DNA of 63,360 nt, filler included, from Octopus bimaculoides (Eukaryota), in assembly GCF_001194135.2 (NCBI RefSeq). It is 8 parts of 7 records of this genome, joined end to end, with 100 filler letters (N's around TTAATTAATTAA, not from the genome) between each part and the next. Parts side by side here need not be neighbours in the genome. Positions count along the whole stretch, not along the records: positions 36,156 to 41,607 come from NC_068984.1; positions 41,708 to 48,179 come from NC_068985.1; positions 48,280 to 53,021 come from NC_068987.1; 5 more parts are not named here. One strand, written 5' to 3'. Shown here in pieces: positions 37,993 through 50,079 of this stretch. A program made the translations under genes and the position numbers. How positions within the stretch are numbered: the first letter of the stretch is position 1; each line of letters starts with the position of its first letter. The notes beneath the pieces were generated by a model. The model searched no databases. It saw only the letters and a program-made list of their open reading frames with translations, and was not told the origin of the DNA.

Positions 37993-40046
37993 TGTGTGAG
38001 TGTGTGAGCGTACACACACATGCACATATCCATATACATACACATACATACGCATGCACAATTATATGCAATGATAAAGTTTAATGTTTCTGACTGATTG
38101 TCTGAGAATTATGTCTGAGAATTATGTTACCTGCAATGCGTATGTAATACAATTTTCAGATTATGTATTATTAAATCAGCGTCATTACGTTTCCGTTTCC
38201 GATGCTTTGTGATTGAACCAAATAAATAAATTTAAAAAAAAGCCGACTGGAGTACTTCTTCTATCGCGGTTTCTAGTATCGAACCGCTTGGTTACAGGGA
38301 CGGAATTAAACCAACCCGGGTTTTCAGGCGGTGTGGGGACAAAGGTAGATATTCACACACACACACACGCACACACACACACNNNNNNNNNNNNNNNNNN
38401 NNNNNNNNNNNNNNNNNNNNNNNNNNNNNNNNNNNNNNNNNNNNNNNNNNNNNNNNNNNNNNNNNNNNNNNNNNNNNNNNNNNNNNNNNNNNNNNNNNNN
38501 NNNNNNNNNNNNNNNNNNNNNNNNNNNNNNNNNNNNNNNNNNNNNNNNNNNNNNNNNNNNNNNNNNNNNNNNNNNNNNNNNNNNNNNNNNNNNNNNNNNN
38601 NNNNNNNNNNNNNNNNNNNNNNNNNNNNNNNNNNNNNNNNNNNNNNNNNNNNNNNNNNNNNNNNNNNNNNNNNNNNNNNNNNNNNNNNNNNNNNNNNNNN
38701 NNNNNNNNNNNNNNNNNNNNNNNNNNNNNNNNNNNNNNNNNNNNNNNNNNNNNNNNNNNNNNNNNNNNNNNNNNNNNNNNNNNNNNNNNNNNNNNNNNNN
38801 NNNNNNNNNNNNNNNNNNNNNNNNNNNNNNNNNNNNNNNNNNNNNNNNNNNNNNNNNNNNNNNNNNNNNNNNNNNNNNNNNNNNNNNNNNNNNNNNNNNN
38901 NNNNNNNNNNNNNNNNNNNNNNNNNNNNNNNNNNNNNNNNNNNNNNNNNNNNNNNNNNNNNNNNNNNNNNNNNNNNNNNNNNNNNNNNNNNNNNNNNNNN
39001 NNNNNNNNNNNNNNNNNNNNNNNNNNNNNNNNNNNNNNNNNNNNNNNNNNNNNNNNNNNNNNNNNNNNNNNNNNNNNNNNNNNNNNNNNNNNNNNNNNNN
39101 NNNNNNNNNNNNNNNNNNNNNNNNNNNNNNNNNNNNNNNNNNNNNNNNNNNNNNNNNNNNNNNNNNNNNNNNNNNNNNNNNNNNNNNNNNNNNNNNNNNN
39201 NNNNNNNNNNNNNNNNNNNNNNNNNNNNNNNNNNNNNNNNNNNNNNNNNNNNNNNNNNNNNNNNNNNNNNNNNNNNNNNNNNNNNNNNNNNNNNNNNNNN
39301 NACATATACATACATACATACATACATGCATACAAAAATGCCCTGTTGTTGATGTTGAAATTCTAATGAAGGAGCGTTGGGTCTAGGCTAGAAACCGGCT
39401 CTTTCTCTATTTCTCGTGAAATAAAACTGAATAATGACATTTATATATACATACATGCATGCATACATATATACATGCATGCATACATATACACTTTCCA
39501 TACTCACATCCACAAACATACCCACACGCATATACGTATATCTTACCTATATACATTATATCCATACACGTACACGCATTTATGGGTGAATGTACATATA
39601 CAGATATATGTATTTGTGTTTACACGCACAGACGTACACAGTTGCACATGCAGACACACACATACACACGCACTCACGCACGCAAACAAACACACACACA
39701 CAAACACACACATACACACACACACACTCAGATATATAGATACATATTTACAGATGTTTGTTACTATAAGAATTATGGCTGGATATTCAACTTACGTTGA
39801 ACTCGAGTAATGCATAGTATAAAATGACATAAATACAAATTCAGACAATATTGTTGTAGCAGAAGCTATATATTATTGAAATAACCACAGAAAACAACTT
39901 ATTGATATTTTAAATGTTGCAATACACGTCTTCCAATAATCTTTCCCTGAGCATCATCGTTGGTTCCTGTGAGAAACATAAACGCTGGAAACATGAAATG
40001 ATGAAACATTCGAAATATCAATAACCTCTCTGCGCTTATTTCAACG

Positions 40047-40104
<58 letters not shown>

Positions 40105-40539
40105 NNNNNNNNNNNNNNNNNNNNNNNNNNNNNNNNNNNNNNNNNNNNNNNNNNNNNNNNNNNNNATACACACACACACACACATGTAAAGGGAATGTAT
40201 TGGACTCTCTATCTTAAGATTTTGCGTTTGATTTCCGAAGTCTTTGAAATTGCATTTAAGTCCAACATCATATTCAGTAGGCTTGTTTAGCTCACTAATA
40301 TTGCGCTGGTCAACAATCATGGTGCAATTTTTGCCTCTAGAATATCTAGCCTTCAGAGTTCCTCAATTAAAAATTCTGTGATATATACGAGCCCTGAGAA
40401 AATGACTAGATATACAATTTTAAAATTCTCCAAGTACATTAGTTCTAACGCTCATACTAAATGTTCTTTTAAACCACAAAGCTTTTCTAGTGCTACTTCT
40501 ACGAGATCTTCTGGTGTTGTTTCTACTGCCGACATACTT

Positions 40540-41030
40540 GATCTCCTCGGAAAATCCCCAATTGCTGAGAGCATCATCGGCTTCCAGAGAGGCAAACTCA
40601 GGTTGCGGTCCTTTAAATAGCAATTACCTAATTAAAAGAGTTGTTGATAAGAACAAGACATAAATTCATAATACCTCTACGTACAAAACTTACAGTGGAG
40701 CTTCAAAAAACAGTTTCAAACGGCACTTTGTTGAGACAAAATTTCTCTCATATAATAGGAGAAGAGGTCACCAACGAGTTTATCGAAGCACGTATCCACT
40801 ATTAAAGAAGCTGCTTCTTCCCCCTATCGGACACAACGGTCTAACTTGAAAAAAGCTAGCTCGTATAGGCAAGGATCATACCGGAATTCTATGAGATGTC
40901 CGTTGTGGTTGAGTGAAATATACTTTATCCTATTCCAGGATAAATCTACATTGAACCCAAAATCTGAGTTTCTAGCTAATTGTAGGCATTGTTCGAGATT
41001 CGCGATTTCTAGACTATTAGTAACAGACGA
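40540..41030 (+). pseudogene. Penelope-like element GIY-YIG endonuclease C-terminal remnant
   Basis: GPLNSNYLIKRVV, YKTYSGASKNSFKRH, CPLWLSEIYFIL...STLNPKSEFLANCRH; matches the PLE pattern C.LCL.EK..I...LN.RSE...CRH. Confidence 0.8.
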
Positions 41031-41301
41031 TTTTCCAATTCCTATCGATCTATTAGATTCATTAATTTAATGTAACTCGGTATTTTTGGATATATTTTAC
41101 TTGTCCATAGTCCTTTGTTTCTGACTGTCAACAGATGCGTTGATCGAAATTGTTTTCATTAATCAGTAATTTACTCATTTGCATGTATGCATGTATGTAT
41201 GTATGAATACATATCTATGCATATGAATATCCATGTATAATATTTTTTATATAAATTATAAATATATATACAGACTGGAACGAACACGACACAATGAAGT
41301 A

Positions 41302-41340
41302 GAGAAATTTGAAAAGACAACACGAAACCGGTTATTTCTC
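41302..41340 (+). ncRNA. Minimal hammerhead-like motif with U3-A8 compensatory core
   Basis: GAGAAAT-TTGAAAA-G(ACAACA)C-GAAAC(CG)GT-T-ATTTCTC: perfect 7-bp helix I, palindromic ACCGGT helix III, helix II only 1 bp. Confidence 0.45.
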
Positions 41341-41707
41341 AAAATACAATGTTTATATACCAAAAAGATTTTATAATATTTTTCTAACATTTTTCTGACA
41401 TAATTTAAATATATACTTTAACCAAGTAACACAAGCCTTCTGTAGTTTTTTCACTCTTATTATCTTTTATACACCCAACCACGTGCTTTCACATACCAAC
41501 TTTCTCATATATATGAATAATAATAATAAATGGATCAAAACGCATATAAACAAAAGTTCCTTTAATTCCTACATATGTTTCAAAATATATGTGCACCCTA
41601 CTCCAAANNNNNNNNNNNNNNNNNNNNNNNNNNNNNNNNNNNNNNNNNNNNTTAATTAATTAANNNNNNNNNNNNNNNNNNNNNNNNNNNNNNNNNNNNN
41701 NNNNNNN

Positions 41708-42470
41708 CTGACACCTACAAAAAAGATAACACGAACTTATATAAAGAGGTGAATAACGAAGCAAGAAGGATCGCTAACAAACTTAAAGTTAGTGATAGGA
41801 TAGAATACCTTCCCCCACGCCATCTCTTTATTACCCTTAAGGATCACAAAGCTAATTTCAGTAGAAACCCCAAACAGAAATAGGTATTAGTAAAAATATT
41901 TTAGATTCTATTTTAAACAAGTTAAATAAAGAATTAAATTTACGGGTTTTGGAAAATAGTAAGTCAGTTATAGATTGGTTCAAGGGAATTAGCCATAAAT
42001 GTAACTGCAGATTTACCCAGTTCGATATTGTCAATTTTTACCCGTCAATATCCAGGCCTTTACTTCTTAAAGCATTAGACTTCGCCAAGCAATACGTTAC
42101 CATCGACAGTTCGGTTATTGATATTAGCCTGCATGTAAGGAAACCCCCTCCTGTTTTACGATGATTTCACCTAGGTCAAAAGGAGCGAGGATTCTTTATT
42201 CGATGTGTCGATGGGGGCATATGATGAAGCAGAGTTATGTATGCTTATTCGGGCCTATATTTTGCATCACCTGCATATAGAATACCCTTTTGTAAACGCA
42301 GGATTATAGAGATGACTGTCTTATAGTTACTTGTAATATGAACGGCCATGAGTTAGACAGACTTAGGAAGAATCTTATTACTTTCTTCTAAAGAATGGGC
42401 TTCGATAGATACTAGCCTTAATAATGTAGATTTTTAGATATTAACTTAGATTTGCAATTAGATAAAAAAC
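41708..42470 (+). pseudogene. Penelope-like element reverse transcriptase remnant
   Basis: FITLKDHKANF, SVIDWFKGI, FDIVNFYPSIS..LL.KALDFA, FDVSMGAYDEAELC, GLYRDD, VDFLDINLDL across frameshifts. Confidence 0.9.
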
Positions 42471-43374
42471 ATAAAAAACATTTTTGAAGTTGTAAATTGG
42501 CGACGATACAGCAGAAGTAATGCTTTTATGAATTTCATAAAGTGCATTAGACAGTATTATATTGTTTAATTTACAACTTCAAAAATGTTTTTTATGAATT
42601 TCATAAAATGCGTTGTATAGTCCCGCAGATCTTTAATTTAGCTTTGAAATTAATAAAAAATCAATGTCATTCATAGTTCATTCCTTCGCATTTCCTTTCA
42701 TCAATAGTAAGTGTTAATTTACATTTTTTCCTTTTCTCCATGCATGTTGCAATATTTCTGATCTTTGATTTCGGTCCTTTGATGCATGCTACAATATTTC
42801 GGCTCTTTAGTGGTTAAAACACACACACACAAGCACGCGCGCACGCGCACACACATACACAGGAATAAGTACGCACGCACGCACGTACAACCCATTAGCT
42901 TTCTCTTTTCACTTCGATACGTCAACTGACAGTTAGACAACATATCCTTACGGAAATTACGGTAATTTGTTGACAGAATTCGAGTCAAAACGAAAGATAG
43001 CCAAAAACAGCTTTCATTCTGAACTGTTGACCTGTGATCTCTGCAACCAAATCATTAACTGTAGTGTGCCAGTAGGTTTATAAAAAAAAAATTCTGTTAA
43101 GAATTTATGCTATAATGACATGACCATAACAGAGGATCCAAGAATTAGAACAAAACGTGGGGCAGTGCGTGTATATTATAAGTCAGCACAAAGGATAAAA
43201 AAAAAATGATATACGAAAATTAGTTATTTGTTCGGACATTGATCCTTGAATGAAGAAAGGAATAACAAAAACAAACGAAGTCATTTGTGGCAAAGCTATC
43301 TTGAAAAGAGCAAAAACGCGGAAGTAGTCATAGAGGTGACGAAAAGGAGAAAAATGGAAAAGAGAAAGAAAAGA

Positions 43375-43423
<49 letters not shown>

Positions 43424-44186
43424 TAAACAAGAATAAAGAAAAGTGGATAAAAACTAATATGAATATAATTCAGTTCTATATTTAAGAGATGAGGAATTAT
43501 GTACATTATTTACATTTGACGGATATTTGTCTTCATCTTGTTTGTTGTTAACACAACAAACAAAATGAGGACAAATATCCGTCAAATGTAAATAATGTAA
43601 ATAATGAAGATAATCAATTACGATTGACAACTGTATTATTGTCACTGTTTAGCATACTCCTAAGTCTTTGATTACGTTATCAGACAATAAATTTGAGACA
43701 CAGATTCAATAAAAACAAGGATATCATAAATTTTCTTGAAGTAAACTTATTTACTGTTACTGTAGTCAACTCCCTATTTTAAATTATCCTGAATAATCGG
43801 ATACATATACTTTACAGACTAATTAAAAAAAAAACTCTTAAAGTAGTATATTGTGCTCGTCAGTCAAGTACTTGCCTACTTCTGTCCATCCGCTAATTAG
43901 TTTGCCTTCACTGGTGACACTTGTTACCGCATCCGGTAACTTTTCAAGCTCTGTATTTTAGTACCTATTTTAAGCAAACATCTTAAATGTGCTAAAAAAA
44001 AAAATAATAGTTGCTACTTCAATATATAAATGTTAAAACACGCATCATCACCCCAGAGTGAACGAAATTATATTTTAGGAGAATGATGCCAGTTAAAAAT
44101 CAAAGACTAATATATATTCAAATGCACGCCAGTACCCCCCCTCCCACACACACACAAACACACAAATATATACTATATATGTGTGT

Positions 44187-44226
<40 letters not shown>

Positions 44227-44969
44227 CTATGAAGTCATGTATTTGGAAATATGTCTATGTCTACACTGTGTAATTTCGATGTTTTGCATTGAAAAATAAA
44301 GTCAGGTTTCTTTTAATTTCATGTTTTTGCATGAAAAAACATTAGTACAATATTTACAAATTAGAAAAATAAAATCCAGNNNNNNNNNNNNNNNNNNNNN
44401 NNNNNNNNNNNNNNNNNNNNNNNNNNNNNNNNNNNNNNNNNNNNNNNNNNNNNNNNNNNNNNNNNNNNNNNNNNNNNNNNNNNNNNNNNNNNNNNNNNNN
44501 NNNNNNNNNNNNNNNNNNNNNNNNNNNNNNNNNNNNNNNNNNNNNNNNNNNNNNNNNNNNNNNNNNNNNNNNNNNNNNNNNNNNNNNNNNNNNNNNNNNN
44601 NNNNNNNNNNNNNNNNNNNNNNNNNNNNNNNNNNNNNNNNNNNNNNNNNNNNNNNNNNNNNNNNNNNNNNNNNNNNNNNNNNNNNNNNNNNNNNNNNNNN
44701 NNNNNNNNNNNNNNNNNNNNNNNNNNNNNNNNNNNNNNNNNNNNNNNNNNNNNNNNNNNNNNNNNNNNNNNNNNNNNNNNNNNNNNNNNNNNNNNNNNNN
44801 NNNNNNNNNNNNNNNNNNNNNNNNNNNNNNNNNNNNNNNNNNNNNNNNNNNNNNNNNNNNNNNNNNNNNNNNNNNNNNNNNNNNNNNNNNNNNNNNNNNN
44901 NNNNNNNNNNNNNNNNNNNNNNNNNNNNNNNNNNNNNNNNNNNNNNNNNNNNNNNNNNNNNNNNNNNNN

Positions 44970-45006
<37 letters not shown>

Positions 45007-45399
45007 CTATGAAGTCATGTATTTGGAAATATGTCTATGTCTACACTGTGTAATTTCGATGTTTTGCATTGAAAAATAAAGTCAGGTTTCTTTTAATTTC
45101 ATGTTTTTGCATGAAAAAACATTAGTACAATATTTACAAATTAGAAAAATAAAATCCAGTGTTATAGAGATGAGTATCATGCTATAAATATTGGAGCAGA
45201 AACAACAGTAATAGTGTATTTTTTTTCCTTAACGTGTCTTTCAATTTCATGTTTTGCATGAACAAACAATATTTACATTTTTAAAAAATAAGTAAAGCTA
45301 GAATATCCCAATGCGATATATATATACCTGAATATTTATAGAGATGAGTATCATGTTTCCAATATTGAAGCTACATTTAGAATACAAAATGCAAATTCT

Positions 45400-46812
45400 C
45401 CGCTTCTCTTTCAAACATTCAATTTTGGAGAGAACTTTTTGATGAAGTGCTCCATTGCTTTTCGGTATTGCGGATCTTCCCGTGAACATTTGAAAAAGGG
45501 AAAGATTTTGAATTTTCCGTCGCTGCATATTTCCAGATGCTTGCTTAACGGAATCTTACGTAATTCCTCTTGTCGGATATGCTGCCTGTGCATTCTTGCA
45601 CGTTGGCAGAGGGAATTATTTGTTTTGCCAATGTAATTTTCTCTGTAGCTTGGGCAGGTAATGCAGTATATGAGGTTCTGCGTTGAATCTGCATTTATTT
45701 TGAAAAGGAATCCGCTCTTGAATTTTATGTGGGAACCACTTTCCAAGTATTTAAAGTTGTTGTTGTTGTTGCATGTTCCACATCTATCTCCACATTCTTT
45801 TACTAAGAATTCTGATTCATTCTCTGATGTGAATTCTGCTCTTGTGAAGTGTTTTGTAAGATTTTTTTGGTTGCGGCTACGATTCGTAAGGGTCTTTTTT
45901 TTTCAACCAGCTTTTTCATTTTGGAGTTTTGTAGGAGTATAGGTAAGTTCGATTTCATGATGTGAAAGATGTTGGTTATCCTAGGACTGTGTGTGTCAAC
46001 AAACGGGATCGTGTGTTCATTAGTTTTTTCCTTAGGTGTCTGTAGTTGGGCGATGCTTAGTTTCATCGCTTTTTTAATTCCCTCATTAATTAATCCTAAG
46101 GGGTATTTCTGCATTGTGAGGAAGTCTTTGAGCTCACTGAGTCGGATTTCACGTATCTTGGGGCAGTCACTATAGCACAGATGCGTCTTGCTACACTGTA
46201 TGGGATGTCTCTTTTTTGATGTGTGATGGATGCCAAGAGTAGAAATTTAAATATCGGTGTATCAGTTTTTTTTTTTTGTAAAATATGTCAGTTGTGACTG
46301 TGGAGTTCTGTATTTTTATGTGGATATCCATTGCAACTGGATTCTGTCGTGAATTTGATGGATGGGTGAAGTGTGTTCAATATATTGTTAAATATACTTA
46401 GGTCCTCATTTGATCTGTCCCCCAAAAATGAAGCCATCATCAAGGAAGCGGTTCCCCTTTTTAATGATATATTTCTTGAACTCCTGATCAAAAGTTTTCT
46501 CTACTTCCTCATAAAGTTTTTCTTCCAAGTATCCCATGACTAAGTACGCATATGAGGGTGCAAACCGTGTCCCCATCGCCATGCCCTTTATCTGTCGATA
46601 TGTTTTATTATCGAATCTAAAGGCATTTTCTTCTAGTGCCAGGCGTGTAGCCTTCGTGATGAAGTCAGTCTCGAAGCGTTTATTTATCCGTCCTCTATGT
46701 TTCTCTACCCAGTGCTTGACTGCCTCTAGGCCTAAAGCGTGAGGTATATTGGTATAAAGATTGGTGACATCAAAATTTGTAAGTATAGTACCTTGTGGGA
46801 CAGTGGGTGGGA
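45400..46812 (-). pseudogene. Penelope-like element (second lineage): RT thumb plus GIY-YIG remnant
   Basis: KGMAMGTRFAPSYAYLVMG, RFLDD, LNTLHPSIKFT, SWHPSHIKK, NLIYCITCPSYRENYIGKT...RARMHRQH. Confidence 0.92.
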
Positions 46813-47021
46813 TNNNNNNNNNNNNNNNNNNNNNNNNNNNNNNNNNNNNNNNNNNNNNNNNNNNNNNNNNNNNNNNNNNNNNNNNNNNNNNNNNNNNNNN
46901 NNNNNNNNNNNNNNNNNNNNNNNNNNNNNNNNNNNNNNNNNNNNNNNNNNNNNNNNNNNNNNNNNNNNNNNNNNNNNNNNNNNNNNNNNNNNNNNNNNNN
47001 NNNNNNNNNNNNNNNNNNNNN

Positions 47022-47074
<53 letters not shown>

Positions 47075-47081
<7 letters not shown>

Positions 47082-47347
47082 CTTTACTAAAAGGCTTTTC
47101 AACTTCTTTAGCTACACATATCCATAGTTTCAAAGCGCAAAAAATACAGTATAAATTATCTTGGTCAATAGTAACGGAAACACCCCCTTACAATTCATAT
47201 ACACGTAAATGTAATCTTTGTATTAGGGAATCCTTAAACATTCTGCATATGCGCAATTCTTCAAAGTTAAATAGATTTTCAGATGTCATCTTCCCCTGTA
47301 GACACAGGTATTATTCGACCCTTAGATATTTGGTTAACTGTTCATAA
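47075..47347 (+). pseudogene. PLE GIY-YIG C-terminal remnant
   Basis: YKLSWSIVTETPPYNSYTRKCNLCIRESLNIL...KLNRFSDVIFPCRHR*. Confidence 0.85.
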
Positions 47348-47594
47348 CTACACAATAAATTATTCCATTAAATCTGAAATATAAAACCTTGATTTATGTC
47401 ATCTCTAACATTACTAACATTACTAATAGCTTGATCTCAATAGTTATATATTTTCCCATCCTACTACTGTACAATAATAAACAACAATTACATACCTAAC
47501 ACACACACACCATAATAGTAAGTCTATCTCTTTATAAAGGTTGTCAGCATCGAATTCCACCTTAGTGTATGACACATGTAGCCTTACCAGTTGG

Positions 47595-47694
47595 AAAATT
47601 CCCTGAAGAAGGAGGTGGGGATATTAGATGAATGGAACTTAAATTCTATTACATCTTTGCACCACTATGTCCTCTGAAACGGCCGTTGGATTTT
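47595..47694 (+). ncRNA. Type I hammerhead ribozyme in the PLE 3' region
   Basis: AAAATTCC-CTGAAGA-A-GGAGG...CCTCT-GAAAC(GGCC)GT-T-GGATTTT; about 250 nt after the PLE stop codon, same strand. Confidence 0.7.
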
Positions 47695-48025
47695 AACGAA
47701 CTATAAACATCTATATGGATTTACAATTTTCTCTGCACTCCACACATATATACATGTGTATATATGTGTGGTGAGCATGTGTGTGTTTCAAGTGAGGGTG
47801 GATGAGTATATACATATAGGCGCATGTACGTGGGTGTGCGGGCGCGCATATGTATACATGGACAGGTGCGCTTACGTGAATACTATGGACATTTTTACTC
47901 CCTTAACTTTACTCCCTCCCCTCACTTACCTGTCATTCTAAAAGCTCTTTTGTCTTAATAACGGTTAACCACACAGTAATTTCTCTTTGTTTAACGGTCA
48001 TTTTCATAGCATTTTTCAATGGCAA

Positions 48026-48086
48026 GGTAACTGAAGAGATGGCGGCGTGGGTTTCCGCCTCGGCATCCGAAACTCGGAGTTTTATC
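48026..48086 (+). ncRNA. Type I hammerhead ribozyme with canonical core
   Basis: GGTAA-CTGAAGA-GATG-GCGG(CGTGGGTTT)CCGC-ctcgg-CATC-C-GAAA-CTC(G)GAGT-T-TTATC. Confidence 0.65.
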
Positions 48087-48413
48087 ATGGCTACCGAATA
48101 ATTGTCACATACTATTAACAGATAAATTTCTCTATTTACATATTATCGAAATCTCGTTCTTTCTTTGTTGTCTTTTCTANNNNNNNNNNNNNNNNNNNNN
48201 NNNNNNNNNNNNNNNNNNNNNNNTTAATTAATTAANNNNNNNNNNNNNNNNNNNNNNNNNNNNNNNNNNNNNNNNNNNNCCCCCCCCGAAAAGAAAAACT
48301 CTACATTTGTATTTTGTCCCCTCTATGTTAAGCCCTGTGTGTCTAATAAAGAAACATATCTATCTATCTATCCATCCATCCATCCATCCATCCATCCATC
48401 CATCCATCCATCC

Positions 48414-48447
<34 letters not shown>

Positions 48448-48639
48448 GTCTGTCTGTCTATATGTATGTATGTATGTATGTATGTATGAAATCGGAGGCC
48501 CGTCCATTACTGGAATTTGTCTTTCACTTAGTTGAACAGAATCTCCTGTGTTGATGAGGAAGGGTGGGTTGGTTCTCATCCCCACGCCAATCTCTTACCT
48601 CCAAAAGTAACTAAAGCAAATGACAATAATCTTTTCTAC

Positions 48640-48780
48640 TCTAGGCACAATACCCGAAATTTCGGGGGAGGGGTTAGTCAATTAGATCGACTCCAGTACG
48701 CAACTGGTACTTAATTTATCAACCCCGAAAGGATGGAAGGCAAAGTCGACCTCGGCAGAATTTGGACCCAGAACATAAGA
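48640..48780 (-). mobile_element. SINE family B
   Basis: gattagatcgactccagtacgcaactggtacttaatttatc...ggcaaagtcgacctcggc. Confidence 0.85.
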
Positions 48781-48799
48781 TATAACAATAATAGTAACA

Positions 48800-49270
48800 A
48801 CACTGTGTAACACGATTTTTGTCCTTGGGAAGCAACTGTTATTTCCTATTTGCTTACCACTAAAAAGTATGAAAAATGGTTAATATTTCCTTCAAACTTT
48901 GCGTTTGTTATGATACTTATTCAAACCCCAAAGAGTCCCTCTCAACACATGACTATGATGCTCCCCTACTACTCCTGATCATGATCAGAGATGCACATAT
49001 TGTCAGTCACCAAGGGACATGCTCAAATGGTTAAAGTCAAGCATCTGACAAGCAAATCAGTTGTATTGGGTAGAATATTTGCTATAACAATATTTCTGTT
49101 TCAGCGTTGAATCTGTCTGAAATGTAATGGAAAATAGACCAGTTTCAAAACACTGATGTCTAGGTCACAAAAGCAAAGTTTGAAGGGAACAGTAGTCATT
49201 TCATTTGATTTCTAGATAGAATAGATAGAAACAAGTCGGAAATAATACTTACTGACCAAAGACAAATAAA
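48800..49270. mobile_element. MITE-like element, copy 2
   Basis: Collinear with 7105-7590; internal inverted repeat ttccttcaaactttgc / gcaaagtttgaaggga. Confidence 0.7.
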
Positions 49271-49286
49271 TAAATAAAATAAATGG

Positions 49287-49432
49287 TAGAACAAGTAGAA
49301 AGATAAATTGTATTCAACGCATAGATACTGAACAGTATAGATATAAAGGATAAAATCCTAGGATTTTATCCTTTATATCTATACTGTTCAGTATCTATGC
49401 GTTGAATAAAATTTATCTTTCTACTTGTTCTA
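49287..49432. repeat. 146-bp spacer-less palindrome with one mismatch
   Basis: 73-bp arms centred on cctagg (49357-49362). Confidence 0.95.
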
Positions 49433-50079
49433 AATAAAATAAAAATTTTGTTACATAGTGTCATTCAAATGTCATTGACCTTTCCATCACACATACAAAA
49501 AAATTGCAGACGAAATTACATTACATATTTTCAGTTTTCTGCTAGTAGGAAAGAACACAAAAGAAAAAGAAAAAAAAAAGTGTCGAGAATATTTTTAGGC
49601 TCCTTTTGGGATGACTGGGAGAAAGAAATTCAAGTAGGATTTGAGTTTCTGTATTTAACATGGAGTTGAAGTAAATTGACTGGAAACGACAACAGTGACA
49701 TACTATAATTTCATAAAAGAAACTACTAGAAAGAACTGATAAAATCCCTTCATATCATTACCAGAATTCCCTCATCCCTCATTATGCTGCGTCCAAAGAC
49801 ACTTGGAGAACACGAATGTTTACCAAGAAAAAACTCAGGCGACATGGGGGTCTAGTGATGATTTATTTACATCATATTTTCAAGAGCAAATGAGGCTAAA
49901 CAGATTTAGAGGTTGTGGAAAACTATTCGCGAATCTCATTTCATGCATCAATGGGTGCTACTATAGTATGATATCTACCTTGCTATTTGCGACCTATCGT
50001 AGATCACAATGCACTCTACCAAACAATCCACTTACGGCCTTCGGCAATTAATTCTAGCCTGTTTAGTTGTTCACACTAG

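Noticed and set aside
39338-39445. Repeat (also about 506-545 and 36980-37085) with CTAATGAAGGAGC...GAAACCGG
   Set aside because: It resembles a hammerhead layout, but the core and helices I and II cannot be made consistent in any of the three copies.
41121-41155. CTGACTG-TCAAC(AGATGC)GTTGA-TC-GAAA after the PLE remnant
   Set aside because: A helix II-like stem is present, but G8/A9 and helix III are missing; too degenerate to call.
44183-45159. Direct repeat of about 190 bp on both sides of a gap
   Set aside because: Identical flanks of an N run; most likely an assembly overlap.
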